Positions 1 through 9,978 of a stretch of DNA of 64,000 nt are shown here, piece after piece. Position numbers and translations under genes: made by a program. The DNA comes from a virus: positions 1-64,000 of IMG/VR virus record IMGVR_UViG_3300043399_000446. One strand, 5' to 3'. How positions within the stretch are numbered: the stretch's first letter is position 1; each line of letters opens with the position of its first letter. The notes beneath the pieces are model-generated. The model worked only from the letters and a program-made list of their open reading frames with translations, was not told the DNA's origin and ran no database searches.

Positions 1-89
1 AATGGTTTATAGAGAAATGAAGCATCCGTTGAAGTATATCGGCCCGGCTCTAATGGATTTAAATAAACATACACATAATAAGTAGACAT
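1..89 (-). CDS. GIY-YIG-type homing endonuclease, N-terminal part (runs off the window)
   Basis: Not in the ORF track; ATG at 89 reads MSTYYVYVYLNPLEPGRYTSTDASFLYKP, resembling the YVY...PFY(V/I)GKG start of phage GIY-YIG proteins; AAGGAG and GATAAATA upstream. Confidence 0.6.
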   Translation of the reverse strand, partial: MSTYYVYVYLNPLEPGRYTSTDASFLYKP

Positions 90-161
90 ATAAGATTCCC
101 GACTCCTTATATTATAAATTTTAAGATATCGAAATCTATCTTATTTCGACATGTTTATTTA

Positions 162-1193
162 TCACTTGACGTAGATATCATTAATTTGTCGGTTGACCTT
201 AATGAAGGTTGTGCATTTAGCCAATTGCTTTAATGTAGGTGCACCAACATATGTGCAAGTGCTACGCAAGCCACCCAAGATATCTTTTACAATGTCATGG
301 ATATTTCCTTTGTAAGGAACCATAACAGTTCTACCCTCTGAGCTACGATAGTCTGCAACACCACCATGATGCTTATTCATAGCAGTATCACTACTCATTC
401 CGTAGAATTCAACCACTCCTTTACCGTCGATTTCCACGACCCGTCCGCCGCCCTGATCTGTACCAGCAAACATACCGCCCAGCATAACAAAATCGGCACC
501 AGCACCAAAGGCTTTAGCAACGTCGCCAGGACAAGTGCAACCACCATCAGCGATAATATGTCCGCCAAGGCCATGAGCGGCATCGCTACATTCGATGATG
601 GCAGATAGTTGCGGATAGCCCACACCAGTCTGCACCCTTGTAGTGCATACGCTGCCAGGACCAATGCCCACTTTAACAATATCGGCTCCACGTAAAATTA
701 ACTCCTGTGTCATGTCTGCGGTAACTACGTTACCTGCAATGATAGTATGCTTTGGGTATAGTCTGCGAACCTCAGCAACAAAGTCACCAAAATGCTCGCT
801 ATAACCATTAGCTACATCAATACAGATAAAATGTATAGCAGGTATTGAATCTAAGATCAATACTAACTTATTTAGATCACGTTCACTAGTTCCCGTAGAA
901 ACAGCTAAGTAGTTACCACCAATTTTATCAATAGTGGGTTCTAATTGCCAATGATTATAAGATTTTACTAGACACGTAAACAACTTATGCTCATAAAGTG
1001 CTTCTGCAACGTCTGTAGTACCTACTCCATCCATGTTAGATGCCATAATAGGCACTCCTGTCCACGTCCAACCACTATGCTTGAATTTGTATGTGCGTTT
1101 TAAATCTACTTCTTTACGGCTTGAAAGTGTACTACGTTTTGGACGAATAAGTACATCTTTAAAGTCAAGTTTAACATCCTCTTCAATTCTCAT
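162..1193 (-). CDS. guaC: GMP reductase
   Basis: [21 protein letters not shown] start, [24 protein letters not shown] catalytic Cys loop, ADGG, FYGMSS, YRSSEG; no CBS domains. Confidence 0.95.
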   Translation of the reverse strand: MRIEEDVKLDFKDVLIRPKRSTLSSRKEVDLKRTYKFKHSGWTWTGVPIMASNMDGVGTTDVAEALYEHKLFTCLVKSYNHWQLEPTIDKIGGNYLAVSTGTSERDLNKLVLILDSIPAIHFICIDVANGYSEHFGDFVAEVRRLYPKHTIIAGNVVTADMTQELILRGADIVKVGIGPGSVCTTRVQTGVGYPQLSAIIECSDAAHGLGGHIIADGGCTCPGDVAKAFGAGADFVMLGGMFAGTDQGGGRVVEIDGKGVVEFYGMSSDTAMNKHHGGVADYRSSEGRTVMVPYKGNIHDIVKDILGGLRSTCTYVGAPTLKQLAKCTTFIKVNRQINDIYVK

Positions 1194-2260
1194 TATACCT
1201 CCAATAATTTGTTTACCATAACTGTAGGTGTTAGGTATTTTTCAATAAGTATATCTCGTTGTGTTTCTAACAAACGAACGTAATAATCTCTAACATCCAA
1301 TCTATGATTGATAAAGTTAACTAGTTCTTGCTTGTGCTTTTTGTAACTATCATAATCTTTAGTCCATTCACTTGGATACAAGAATTCAGGCATGTACATT
1401 TCTCTATAAGAGCAACGATTTGGAAGTACAGGAATCACACCTGCTAACACAGCTTCCATCACACTAATACCCAAATTCTCATGTAGACTGCAACTGAAAA
1501 TAACGCTGCATGATCCCAAAGTTTTGTAATATTCTTCCTTAGACAGATTCATTTTCTGTGTTACTAAAGTTTCACCTGTAATGCTGTACCTAACATCTTC
1601 CATGATATTAGGTTGCTTATCGTCATTATAACGATGAGGCCAAATCATTACTTTCTTTTTAGGTTTATCCCAGTATTGACCACATTGCTCAATGATAGGA
1701 GTATGAGGCTGCCCACTACGTACGGCTTTGTGATGATATGCTTTATCAATCAACAGATTAGACAAAAACATATCTTTATGAAAATCTGTTGCGTAATAGT
1801 TATAATCGCAGCTATGAAACCAAGAAGATTCTTGATGCCAGGGCCAAGGTTTAGCCATTTTGTATCCCAATATATCTGTGGGATCATAAGCTCCTGCGTG
1901 CCAAATACCATGAATCTCTACAGGAATATTCAGTAGATCGCTCATGTATTTGATAACAGTTATAGCGAAATTCCATGCATCAGTAACTAGAAATTTGTCG
2001 CCTGGCTTTACGCGACCACTTTTGAATAGTTCGCTGACTTTTTGTGTTTGACTTGCTTTGTAAATGTTTGTGGCTGCAAAATCTAAGAATGCACCTTTAG
2101 TAGTACCCACAGCAGCCTGTACGCCATCAATAGTTTCTACACAGACATCTAAACCTCGTTTATAGATTTCTTTTTCTAAGATGGCAGGTATATTATAGTA
2201 CCACTGTTTAGTGTATCTCGCATCAATAGGTTCGATAGGAATAATGTATATTGTTTTCAT
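1193..2260 (-). CDS. GT-B fold glycosyltransferase (GT4-like)
   Basis: C-terminal [23 protein letters not shown] matches the E-x7-E GT-B motif; WPHR motif. Confidence 0.75.
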   Translation of the reverse strand: MKTIYIIPIEPIDARYTKQWYYNIPAILEKEIYKRGLDVCVETIDGVQAAVGTTKGAFLDFAATNIYKASQTQKVSELFKSGRVKPGDKFLVTDAWNFAITVIKYMSDLLNIPVEIHGIWHAGAYDPTDILGYKMAKPWPWHQESSWFHSCDYNYYATDFHKDMFLSNLLIDKAYHHKAVRSGQPHTPIIEQCGQYWDKPKKKVMIWPHRYNDDKQPNIMEDVRYSITGETLVTQKMNLSKEEYYKTLGSCSVIFSCSLHENLGISVMEAVLAGVIPVLPNRCSYREMYMPEFLYPSEWTKDYDSYKKHKQELVNFINHRLDVRDYYVRLLETQRDILIEKYLTPTVMVNKLLEV

Positions 2261-2269
2261 AAAGTTATG

Positions 2270-2290
2270 GGGCCCTTGCGGGCCCTTTTT
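2270..2290. terminator. GC hairpin (GGGCCC-GCAA-GGGCCC on minus); T-run only on plus
   Basis: Perfect 6-bp GC stem, GNRA loop on the transcribed strand; may be a stabiliser/processing site rather than a terminator. Confidence 0.4.
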
Positions 2291-2291
2291 C

Positions 2292-2513
2292 TTAGATACT
2301 TACTGCAACATCTGGCGTATCTTCATCCCACATGTTTTTGACTTCTTTGCCTGCTAACTTTTTAGTAAAAGTCCTATAGACATGATTCTTCATGTCATAT
2401 AGTGAAGCCTCGTCAAAAATGTAACCATATTCTACGCAAAATTCGCGATATTGGTCAAGATCATCAAAAATTTGATGTACGCGAGCATTGGGCTGAATGT
2501 TTAGTTTTGCCAT
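2292..2513 (-). CDS. hypothetical protein
   Basis: 73 aa ORF in operon, AAAGG SD. Confidence 0.7.
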   Translation of the reverse strand: MAKLNIQPNARVHQIFDDLDQYREFCVEYGYIFDEASLYDMKNHVYRTFTKKLAGKEVKNMWDEDTPDVAVSI

Positions 2514-2548
2514 TTTAATACCTTTTTAAGTTTGTTGTTAAAGTTAGA

Positions 2549-2989
2549 TTATACACGACTGTTGTAAAAAATAGTAGCACCGTTTTCACCATCTTCACTA
2601 ATTTGTATTTGAATATCCCTGAATGGATATCTGACTGCTATTTGCTCATATAAGTCATCGGCTATCATCTCACAACTTTTATAATTCAATTGCAAAGTAG
2701 CTTGTGAGCCACTATACAGCCCTTCAAGCCAGCGTTTGAATTGAATAAATTCGATGTCTCTATCGTTGTGAAAGACTTGGATGCCCACATTAAAATGAAA
2801 AATGTGGCGATGAGGATAGCCCAAAAACGAAACGTCATATTCATCTCCTGTTTTAAGATTTGGATCTGTTTCAGCAGCAGGATAACGATGAATACCTTCT
2901 TTACGAAATGTTACCCAAATCATACGCTTTGCAGCGTTTTTAATTACTTCTCGTTGCTCTTTTAGAGCTTGTTCACGTTGGTCAAACAT
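2549..2989 (-). CDS. queD: QueD/6-pyruvoyl-tetrahydropterin synthase-like T-fold protein
   Basis: EGIH...HRHIFHF His ligands, SCEMIA and ISEDGENGA motifs; start moved to MFDQRE (AAGGA SD). Confidence 0.65.
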   Translation of the reverse strand: MFDQREQALKEQREVIKNAAKRMIWVTFRKEGIHRYPAAETDPNLKTGDEYDVSFLGYPHRHIFHFNVGIQVFHNDRDIEFIQFKRWLEGLYSGSQATLQLNYKSCEMIADDLYEQIAVRYPFRDIQIQISEDGENGATIFYNSRV

Positions 2990-2997
2990 ATTATTCC

Positions 2998-3246
2998 TTA
3001 ACGAGTTAATGTATTGTAAGTTAACCACTGATGAAACGCATTATACACTATTTCTGCTTCTTTTTCATCCTGATTTACCCTAACTCCACGAACATAAAAC
3101 CCATCTTTTTTAATTTCAAGCATGGGTACGTTACCATCACTACCAAAACGTGGCGCAGGTAACTGATTATAGTAATAATTAATACTAGTATTATTAATAT
3201 ACTCAGATGGAGTAGTAATTATTGTAGTCTGATTATCGATCTTCAT
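2998..3246 (-). CDS. hypothetical protein
   Basis: 82 aa ORF tightly packed in operon. Confidence 0.6.
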   Translation of the reverse strand: MKIDNQTTIITTPSEYINNTSINYYYNQLPAPRFGSDGNVPMLEIKKDGFYVRGVRVNQDEKEAEIVYNAFHQWLTYNTLTR

Positions 3247-3442
3247 CTAAATCCAACCTTTCGTATTTTTCCTCCCAGTCAAGTTTTTGCAACCTGCTGA
3301 TTTCTCGTTCAAGCGTAATTTTTTGTTGAATGGCTTCAGTCCAAACTTGATTATCTTGACTTTTGTCGATTTCACTAATACGCTTTTCAAGCAGTTTGAG
3401 ACTTTCTTGTAATACTGCAATTCTGTTAGTATAAGACATCAT
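3233..3442 (-). CDS. hypothetical coiled-coil protein
   Basis: 69 aa ORF with GGAG SD. Confidence 0.65.
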   Translation of the reverse strand: MMSYTNRIAVLQESLKLLEKRISEIDKSQDNQVWTEAIQQKITLEREISRLQKLDWEEKYERLDLDEDR

Positions 3443-3448
3443 AAACTC

Positions 3449-4006
3449 CTATTTCCAATAAGGGCCCCAAGCCCATCCTATTAAAGACCACCTAATACCT
3501 TCTGTTTTCTTAACTTCATGAGGGAAAAAAGAAGGAAAAACTATAACACTGCCCCTTTTTTTAGTGCTGCTAAATCCTAATACAGATAATCCCCCTTGTT
3601 TATATGATTGCTCATCGGACAATTGAATAACCATAGTTAATTTTCTATCCCAGTTTTCACTATTGATGTATTTTGTATCAGTATGTTTTCCAAAATAGCC
3701 ACCGTTTTCATATTTTTTCAATTCATATTGTTCTATAAATGTAATGTCAAATTTGAAAAACTCTATTGCACTTTTCCATACATCTGCTAGAGTTGAATGG
3801 ATGGGGTGATTCAATGGCAATAAACAAGTTTGAAAATCAACCTCTACTCTATCACTACTAGGATATTTATTTACTCCGGGTTTTACATTCTGTTCACCAA
3901 ACCTAATTATATCCTCACACATTGTTACAGAAAGAATATCATGCTTTATAAAGATTTTTGAGCCTATGTTAAAAACCACATGGGGCATTTGCAAATTAGG
4001 TAGCAT
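3449..4006 (-). CDS. 2OG-Fe(II) oxygenase (P4Hc/PiuC-like)
   Basis: HTD (HxD), RKLTMVIQLS, VFPSFFPHEV (distal His), RWSLIGW (2OG-binding Arg). Confidence 0.85.
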   Translation of the reverse strand: MLPNLQMPHVVFNIGSKIFIKHDILSVTMCEDIIRFGEQNVKPGVNKYPSSDRVEVDFQTCLLPLNHPIHSTLADVWKSAIEFFKFDITFIEQYELKKYENGGYFGKHTDTKYINSENWDRKLTMVIQLSDEQSYKQGGLSVLGFSSTKKRGSVIVFPSFFPHEVKKTEGIRWSLIGWAWGPYWK

Positions 4007-5558
4007 CTAAAACCTCATTTATAGCCTCGTCACTATCTACAAAATCTTCATCCACCTCTTCAGTAGTGGAATCCTCTACTTCAAACAATTGGTCAAACAT
4101 AGTAGTAGCGTTTACTGCTCGCTTACCTGAATAACCCATACTTCCTGCTTTCATTTGCATCCAAAATCTGTTGTACTGTTCAATCAAATCTAAACTTTTC
4201 TGTCTATCTTTTTGAGCAAAGATTTCATCAACTACATCGCTGAATTTAATTCTATCAAAAGTCTCGTTCATTAGCATAGCTGGTATGATACCACTATCAT
4301 AACGACGATTTGCCTCTTGCACAGCAAAGATATGCTGATATACATTGTGTGCTTGCAATAGCGTGTAGCTCAACGTATCCCAACTTGTCTTTGTTTCTTT
4401 GCCTTGCTGATTGATGAATCCTACGCCCCTGTAGCAGATATCCTTAACAAGAAGTTTATCAGTTACAGGGCTATCTGTAAAGACTTTATGGATACCATCA
4501 GCTAATACAACATCCCTAAATTTACGATTATCTTGGGCATAGTTTTTATTTTCAGCAGTTTTTTCCATCCTATATGCCCATTTCTTGTTATGCTCAAAAG
4601 TATTTTCAAAATAACACAATCCTTTTGCAGCACTATAAAATGGGCTAGCACAGTCAAATGTAATACGCAAATTTGGATTATGATATTTGCGAATAGCTCT
4701 CTGAATATCGCTGAATAGTACAGCATATTCCATAATGCTGATACCCAAACAATGTATCAAATCATGTTTACCTGGAATAAGCAAACCATCATGGATAATG
4801 TTTACTAATCGCTTTAGTGTAAGATGAATATCAACTTTAGTTTGTCCACCAAATGCCCAACCATTAAAATGATTATTGGGATAAATATTTGGGTCACAAT
4901 ACTTTTTCATTTCATCATACCATTGATCGCTTTGAGTATGATTTTGCCCCTGCATTACATTTAGAAACTTACATTCGCCATTTCTATTTTTAATGAAATA
5001 TTCATTATTGATATGTGTGGCGTCAATAGCTTCCTGGATAGATGAAATACCATGAACTGATTTACCAGTTTTTGGATCTTTGATATGATAAGTAGTCAAC
5101 GACATAGAAGGAATATCAAGACACATACCATAATCCATGTATGTATCCATCCATTTTAGTACAGCTTGGCGTTTAGCCATAGCTTTAGGGCAGTTAGGAT
5201 CTTTCCAATCTGCTGGCCATTGACCTTTTAGAATCTGGAAACCACCTGAGTCTCCTAACATGAATGTACCCTTTTCGCGTTTGCGAATGATACTTTCTTG
5301 GGGATCATCTACAGTAGGATCCAAATTAGCATGACCTGATGAATAAAGACCCCATTTGTATGTATATAGACCCTCTTTACTATTAAGAAAGTTTAGTTTC
5401 TCTACATCGCCATTAAAGCTTTGTGGAATACGCGCAGGATCAAAATACTGTTTACCTTCCCGCTGTAGTCCCAATCCTGAAATGAAAAAGGATGATACTG
5501 CGGGGAGGAAAAGAGCCCAATCATCTTGTTGGGCTGCTGAAAGATCAATTTGTTCCAA
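3996..5558 (-). CDS. dpdA: TGT/DpdA-family guanine transglycosylase
   Basis: Ordered TGT motifs DSGGFQ, LDIP, VMQG, AFGG, HCLG, TFDCAS, AHN; phage context with QueD-like gene favours a DNA substrate. Confidence 0.7.
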   Translation of the reverse strand: MEQIDLSAAQQDDWALFLPAVSSFFISGLGLQREGKQYFDPARIPQSFNGDVEKLNFLNSKEGLYTYKWGLYSSGHANLDPTVDDPQESIIRKREKGTFMLGDSGGFQILKGQWPADWKDPNCPKAMAKRQAVLKWMDTYMDYGMCLDIPSMSLTTYHIKDPKTGKSVHGISSIQEAIDATHINNEYFIKNRNGECKFLNVMQGQNHTQSDQWYDEMKKYCDPNIYPNNHFNGWAFGGQTKVDIHLTLKRLVNIIHDGLLIPGKHDLIHCLGISIMEYAVLFSDIQRAIRKYHNPNLRITFDCASPFYSAAKGLCYFENTFEHNKKWAYRMEKTAENKNYAQDNRKFRDVVLADGIHKVFTDSPVTDKLLVKDICYRGVGFINQQGKETKTSWDTLSYTLLQAHNVYQHIFAVQEANRRYDSGIIPAMLMNETFDRIKFSDVVDEIFAQKDRQKSLDLIEQYNRFWMQMKAGSMGYSGKRAVNATTMFDQLFEVEDSTTEEVDEDFVDSDEAINEVLDAT

Positions 5559-5916
5559 CTTTATTCTCTTCTTTTACTAGTGTTTGAATAACTTTAATTT
5601 GTGCTTCTTTTTCTTCGATTTGTTTCACCAAATCTTTTACTGCAGGATAAGATTCTGCGAGTTTTTCAAGTTCTATTTCTTCGTCACACTTCTTTTTAGC
5701 CCAGGATAAAATCTCTTGAGTCCCTCTGTCTAAGGCAATTGTAGTTGATAACGAAGTTATAGGACACCAATTATACCCATCATACACTTCAAAATTTGAA
5801 GTAGTACCATTATACCTCACCATTCCCGCACTTGTATTGGCCATATTCACGTAGGGGTAACTACTGCTACCTCCTACGATTTCAATACAATTTCCTCCAA
5901 CAATGGATTTAATCAT
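5545..5916 (-). CDS. hypothetical protein
   Basis: 123 aa ORF overlapping both neighbours. Confidence 0.7.
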   Translation of the reverse strand: MIKSIVGGNCIEIVGGSSSYPYVNMANTSAGMVRYNGTTSNFEVYDGYNWCPITSLSTTIALDRGTQEILSWAKKKCDEEIELEKLAESYPAVKDLVKQIEEKEAQIKVIQTLVKEENKVGTN

Positions 5917-6644
5917 TTTGATTGTGCGGGTAGTAGATAAGTGTATTCTGCTACACCACTATCAACTGTAACTTGTGCAGCGCCTTGATCTGAGATACGA
6001 ACTACTTTGTCGCCAGTTAGATTCATGATTGAAATGAACTGCTTGACAGGCCACATCCAAGCACGGCTTAGTGTACCACTTACGCCTGCATGAAATACGA
6101 AGTTAGCACTATGAGTAGAAGGATCGCCAAAATAAACTTTTAGATCACCTTTATCTGTCTTTAGTGTGAAGTTAGTTTCTTCGCTATTTGCGTTAGCTTG
6201 TTTTTTCAACCTAAGAATACCTGCCACACTAGGCTCAAACTCAACGTTCCAAGTAGCACCTTTGAAGTTGAAGTTCTTTACTTTATCCTCAATAACTGCT
6301 TTAGCCATTAGACGATAATCATTTACGAAATCACCACCTGCAGTTTCAAAGTGAATCGTTGAAGGGACATCTGCGCCGTCACGATTTGTTTTTGTTACTG
6401 ATACTTTAGCCTTTTCATCATATTCTTCAAAACCCAAAATGATTTGAAGTTTACTTAGATTAGGCATACCAAATACACCCTCAAACTCAGCGATAGGTGC
6501 TTTGAATTTACCCAATACGATTACTGATTTATCTTCTGCGATAGCAGTGATATTAGTTTCAGTAGCAGTACCATTGACGCGAATCAAATCGATTACGCCC
6601 AATGAATGTGTATGTTGAATTAGATCCTGTAGAAAATCTTTCAT
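5913..6644 (-). CDS. DNA sliding clamp (T4 gp45/PCNA-like)
   Basis: 243 aa, clamp-like pattern, C-terminal YTYLLPA, adjacent to the polymerase; clamp loader also in window. Confidence 0.7.
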   Translation of the reverse strand: MKDFLQDLIQHTHSLGVIDLIRVNGTATETNITAIAEDKSVIVLGKFKAPIAEFEGVFGMPNLSKLQIILGFEEYDEKAKVSVTKTNRDGADVPSTIHFETAGGDFVNDYRLMAKAVIEDKVKNFNFKGATWNVEFEPSVAGILRLKKQANANSEETNFTLKTDKGDLKVYFGDPSTHSANFVFHAGVSGTLSRAWMWPVKQFISIMNLTGDKVVRISDQGAAQVTVDSGVAEYTYLLPAQSK

Positions 6645-6682
6645 GTTTTATCCTTTAAAATATTTAGGCAATATGTGTGTGC

Positions 6683-6711
6683 ATTATAGTGGAATAATTT
6701 GCGAAAAGCAA
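6683..6711 (-). promoter_or_regulatory. sigma70-type promoter for clamp/modification operon
   Basis: TTGCTT-17 nt-TATAAT; a late-type CTAAATA lies just downstream. Confidence 0.6.
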
Positions 6712-6718
6712 GTTTGAT

Positions 6719-9421
6719 TTATCCAATACTAAACAAGTCATCAAATGTACTTTTAGTATCTGTATTGCTGCGTATGTCCCATTCTAAGATACCCAATAAG
6801 TTGTCGATTTTTTCATCTACTAGAGTACGCTCCATTTCAGAATCGTCAAATGGCAATTGAACAAACCAATCAGGCAATCTTAGTTCATCTGTGGGATAAG
6901 CAACGCTTGTAAAATTCAATGGATTAGATTTGAGTTTACAAACTACAATCTTCATGCCATCAACAATCTTCATGCTATAGTTATCACTATTGACTCTACG
7001 TAAGTAGTTCCAATTCAATGCTGCGCGAACGTGACCAGGCATGTTTGCTTTACCAGTTTTGCTTTTCTTTTCTAAATCACTATAGTAAGTCAGCTTGTTT
7101 ACAGATTTAGGGCTGCCTTTAGTCCAACTTTCTTTGTTAGATAGTTCTACCTTGAAGTTTTTGATTGTTTCGATTACATCGTCACGACCTTTACCTGCAA
7201 GAACCATTTCTAAGACACCCATCAAGAAATCTTGAACATATTTAGGAGTATCTGCACGTTTTAGGTCAAGACCCATAGCTTTGATTTTACCAATCTTGCC
7301 ATTTACGTCTAAACGCTTGCCTTCTTTGTCGAAGATATTAAGAGCATAGCGTTTCTTAGTAATGAATAAGCCACGATCAGCAATCAATTCTCTACCTGCT
7401 TTGATAATCATGCCATTTTTTCTTGGTGTATGAAAGGCGCGCTCCATGAACGCCGCAAAGCTATCATTGACTTGATCTGCGATTGTATCATAAAGCTTGA
7501 TTACTGTGTCTTTGCTCCATTCTACGCCATCAGCCTCTATTACAGGCTTTAGTGATACTGCACTAAAATAACAGCTATCAGTATCGCCATAAACAATAGC
7601 ATCGCCTTCGTGCGTATACTTTCCAGTAACGATTTCGTTAGTCTGACTCATCATATGCTTGACGATTTGACGACCTGACAATGTTACACTTTGACCAATA
7701 CGCTTGTCATAGAATCTGCAATGTTCATTTAACAGAGCACCATATGCTGAGTTAAGCAGAAACTTACGTACTAACTGACGCTTGTCCCAATATTCTTGGT
7801 CCTCTTTAGTAGTAGATTCTTTTAGCTTTTTCTGCATTTCTTTACGTTCACTATACCATTCACTTAGTAGAGCAGGAATCACGCCCTCTTTCTCATACGT
7901 GAAGATCGTGCCATTTGCAGACAACATCCAAGGCCTGTTACTGTCAAATACTAGCTTCCATATTTCAGCAGCAGACATTTCTTCACTGCGACCATCTTCA
8001 TAGTCTAATGTAAGAATAGTGCCACGCTCCTGATTCATGATAGAAAGATATTCTAAGCTACCAAACAGATTCTCCCATAGAATAGAACCAGTTACATCAT
8101 CATCACCCTCTTTGTATCGGGCTTTCTGACTTGCTAGTTTTCTTCCTTTGTCAGCCATGTATCGTTGCGTGAGAGTTTGTCTGACTTGTGCAACGATTGT
8201 TTCTGGAGCCATGTTGAGGGCTCTAATAACCGAGGGATAGAGCGAGTTGATGTCGATACCACCGATCCATTCGCTAAGTCCTTTCTTGGGCGTAGCAACA
8301 TAGGCACCTGCCGCAGCTTGTTCATCCGATTCTTTCTCCTGTTTGTCGGGTACTACTAAGCCCATTTTGTGAGCTTTATTGATGACTGCCATTTCAATCT
8401 GAGCAACTGAGCCCATTACAGTAGGCAGCAAAACTGTATTCTGATGCGCGATACTATTTGCAAGATCCAAAAATTTTAGTTTATTGTGGATCTTTACAAG
8501 TAGCATCGTATCTTGACGGTTATACTCAATAAACTTCTTGAAGTCCTTGTTGTATAGTTGATCTAGTGTACCTTCATATTGTGTTTTGTTTTCGCCAACT
8601 TCCATTTCACCAATGAAGTCAAGCTTATAACTATGACGGCTCTCATAGTTATACTTTTTGTATAATTGTAGATAGTCCATATGAATACGACCAACTAAGT
8701 CATATGTCATTTCTACTTTACCAAAACGTTCATACTCGCGAGGTTTAGGCAGTTGATCCATCAAACAAAACTTACGTGTATCGTCTTTACTCATTACGCG
8801 AGTTACACGATTGACCATGTAAGGTATGTCATACCCTTCTGAGTTCCAACCTGTGATGATATCTGCATCGTCAATGAGTTGAAAGAATGTTTCAAACATT
8901 TCAACTTCGTTTGTGAACAGAATACAGTTTTCAAACTCATTTACAATCTGATTGGCAGTTTCTTTACTCATGTGCTTAGGGGCAATGACCAACGTTACAA
9001 GTTGGTCTAGCCAATCCAAATACATAGAAATTGCTGTTACAGGATTGAAGGGATCTGTTGTGGGGGAGAAGCCCTTTTCTGGATCAAAGTCAACCTCAAT
9101 GTCAAAGAATACTGTGTGAAGTTTAGGAGGATCCACATCCATATAGTTTTCACTCAGACACCTGAAAACTACGTTGATATCGCTTTCGTATAGTTTTTTA
9201 TTACCATGAATGCGTTTTTCTTTTTCAAATTCGCTGCGCTTGCGAGTAGAAAATCTACTCACAGCCTTACCATCTGTACCCCTATACTTACCCTTTAGAT
9301 CAGGATAATAGAAGGTGTATGAAGGTGAATATTCTTTATACTGTCTCTTTCCTTGAGGATCCCTTTCAACTACATAAATTCTATCTTTATCTCGGTCAAA
9401 CAACGCATCAATATATGACAT
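6719..9421 (-). CDS. family B DNA polymerase (T4 gp43-like)
   Basis: Exo DIE, GWNSEGYD, YNRQD; polymerase DINSLYPS, KFLLNSAYG, YGDTDS, KKRY. Confidence 0.97.
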   Translation of the reverse strand: MSYIDALFDRDKDRIYVVERDPQGKRQYKEYSPSYTFYYPDLKGKYRGTDGKAVSRFSTRKRSEFEKEKRIHGNKKLYESDINVVFRCLSENYMDVDPPKLHTVFFDIEVDFDPEKGFSPTTDPFNPVTAISMYLDWLDQLVTLVIAPKHMSKETANQIVNEFENCILFTNEVEMFETFFQLIDDADIITGWNSEGYDIPYMVNRVTRVMSKDDTRKFCLMDQLPKPREYERFGKVEMTYDLVGRIHMDYLQLYKKYNYESRHSYKLDFIGEMEVGENKTQYEGTLDQLYNKDFKKFIEYNRQDTMLLVKIHNKLKFLDLANSIAHQNTVLLPTVMGSVAQIEMAVINKAHKMGLVVPDKQEKESDEQAAAGAYVATPKKGLSEWIGGIDINSLYPSVIRALNMAPETIVAQVRQTLTQRYMADKGRKLASQKARYKEGDDDVTGSILWENLFGSLEYLSIMNQERGTILTLDYEDGRSEEMSAAEIWKLVFDSNRPWMLSANGTIFTYEKEGVIPALLSEWYSERKEMQKKLKESTTKEDQEYWDKRQLVRKFLLNSAYGALLNEHCRFYDKRIGQSVTLSGRQIVKHMMSQTNEIVTGKYTHEGDAIVYGDTDSCYFSAVSLKPVIEADGVEWSKDTVIKLYDTIADQVNDSFAAFMERAFHTPRKNGMIIKAGRELIADRGLFITKKRYALNIFDKEGKRLDVNGKIGKIKAMGLDLKRADTPKYVQDFLMGVLEMVLAGKGRDDVIETIKNFKVELSNKESWTKGSPKSVNKLTYYSDLEKKSKTGKANMPGHVRAALNWNYLRRVNSDNYSMKIVDGMKIVVCKLKSNPLNFTSVAYPTDELRLPDWFVQLPFDDSEMERTLVDEKIDNLLGILEWDIRSNTDTKSTFDDLFSIG

Positions 9422-9978
9422 TATACCTTTTTCCTACAGTTATCAAAATGCCATCTAAATCCATTAAATTGGTTTTTTCCTTCTAATCCACAATGTGGAC
9501 AAACCCATTTAACTTGTGTATTAGGTGAAACATTTTTATGGCCACACCACTGATGTGTTTTGTTTTTCACCCTCTCATTTTGAAATGACCTTTGAATTTC
9601 TCCACCTAACATATGATAGGTACCCTCCTCAACCAAACGCTTTACTCGGGCACTAACATCGCTGGCATGTTTTTTAGTCGTCCAATGATGCGATCCTTCT
9701 TTAACACGCTTTTGGGCTGCTAAACTGTTTAACTTAGAGATTTCTTCTGGTGGGAGTTTCATCCTTAAACCTATCATAACACAGGACTTCCAATCTTGTT
9801 TTTCAAAGTGTATATCATAATGTTCTTGAATGGGAATCGCTTTTAAATTAAGCGGGTCGTTATTAGTGTGGTCGCCATCTAGATGGTGAATATCATATAT
9901 TCTACCAAATTCATCTTTAGGTGGTTGTCCATAATGTTGGACATATACCTTTCGGTATGTTTGTGTTCGTTTTACCAT
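9421..9978 (-). CDS. free-standing HNH homing endonuclease with C-terminal Zn ribbon
   Basis: DIHHLDGDHTNN...EHYDIH; CPHC...WHFDNC; start moved to MVKRTQ (GGAG SD). Confidence 0.8.
   Translation of the reverse strand: MVKRTQTYRKVYVQHYGQPPKDEFGRIYDIHHLDGDHTNNDPLNLKAIPIQEHYDIHFEKQDWKSCVMIGLRMKLPPEEISKLNSLAAQKRVKEGSHHWTTKKHASDVSARVKRLVEEGTYHMLGGEIQRSFQNERVKNKTHQWCGHKNVSPNTQVKWVCPHCGLEGKNQFNGFRWHFDNCRKKV

Noticed and set aside
162-1193. IMP dehydrogenase call, or bacterial chromosomal origin for guaC/clpA/dps/tilS
   Set aside because: Motifs fit GMP reductase; genes are interleaved with phage genes and share phage promoter motifs
6719-9421. Intron or intein in the polymerase, given the adjacent HNH gene
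   Set aside because: ORF is continuous, normal length, motifs intact; HNH is free-standing upstream
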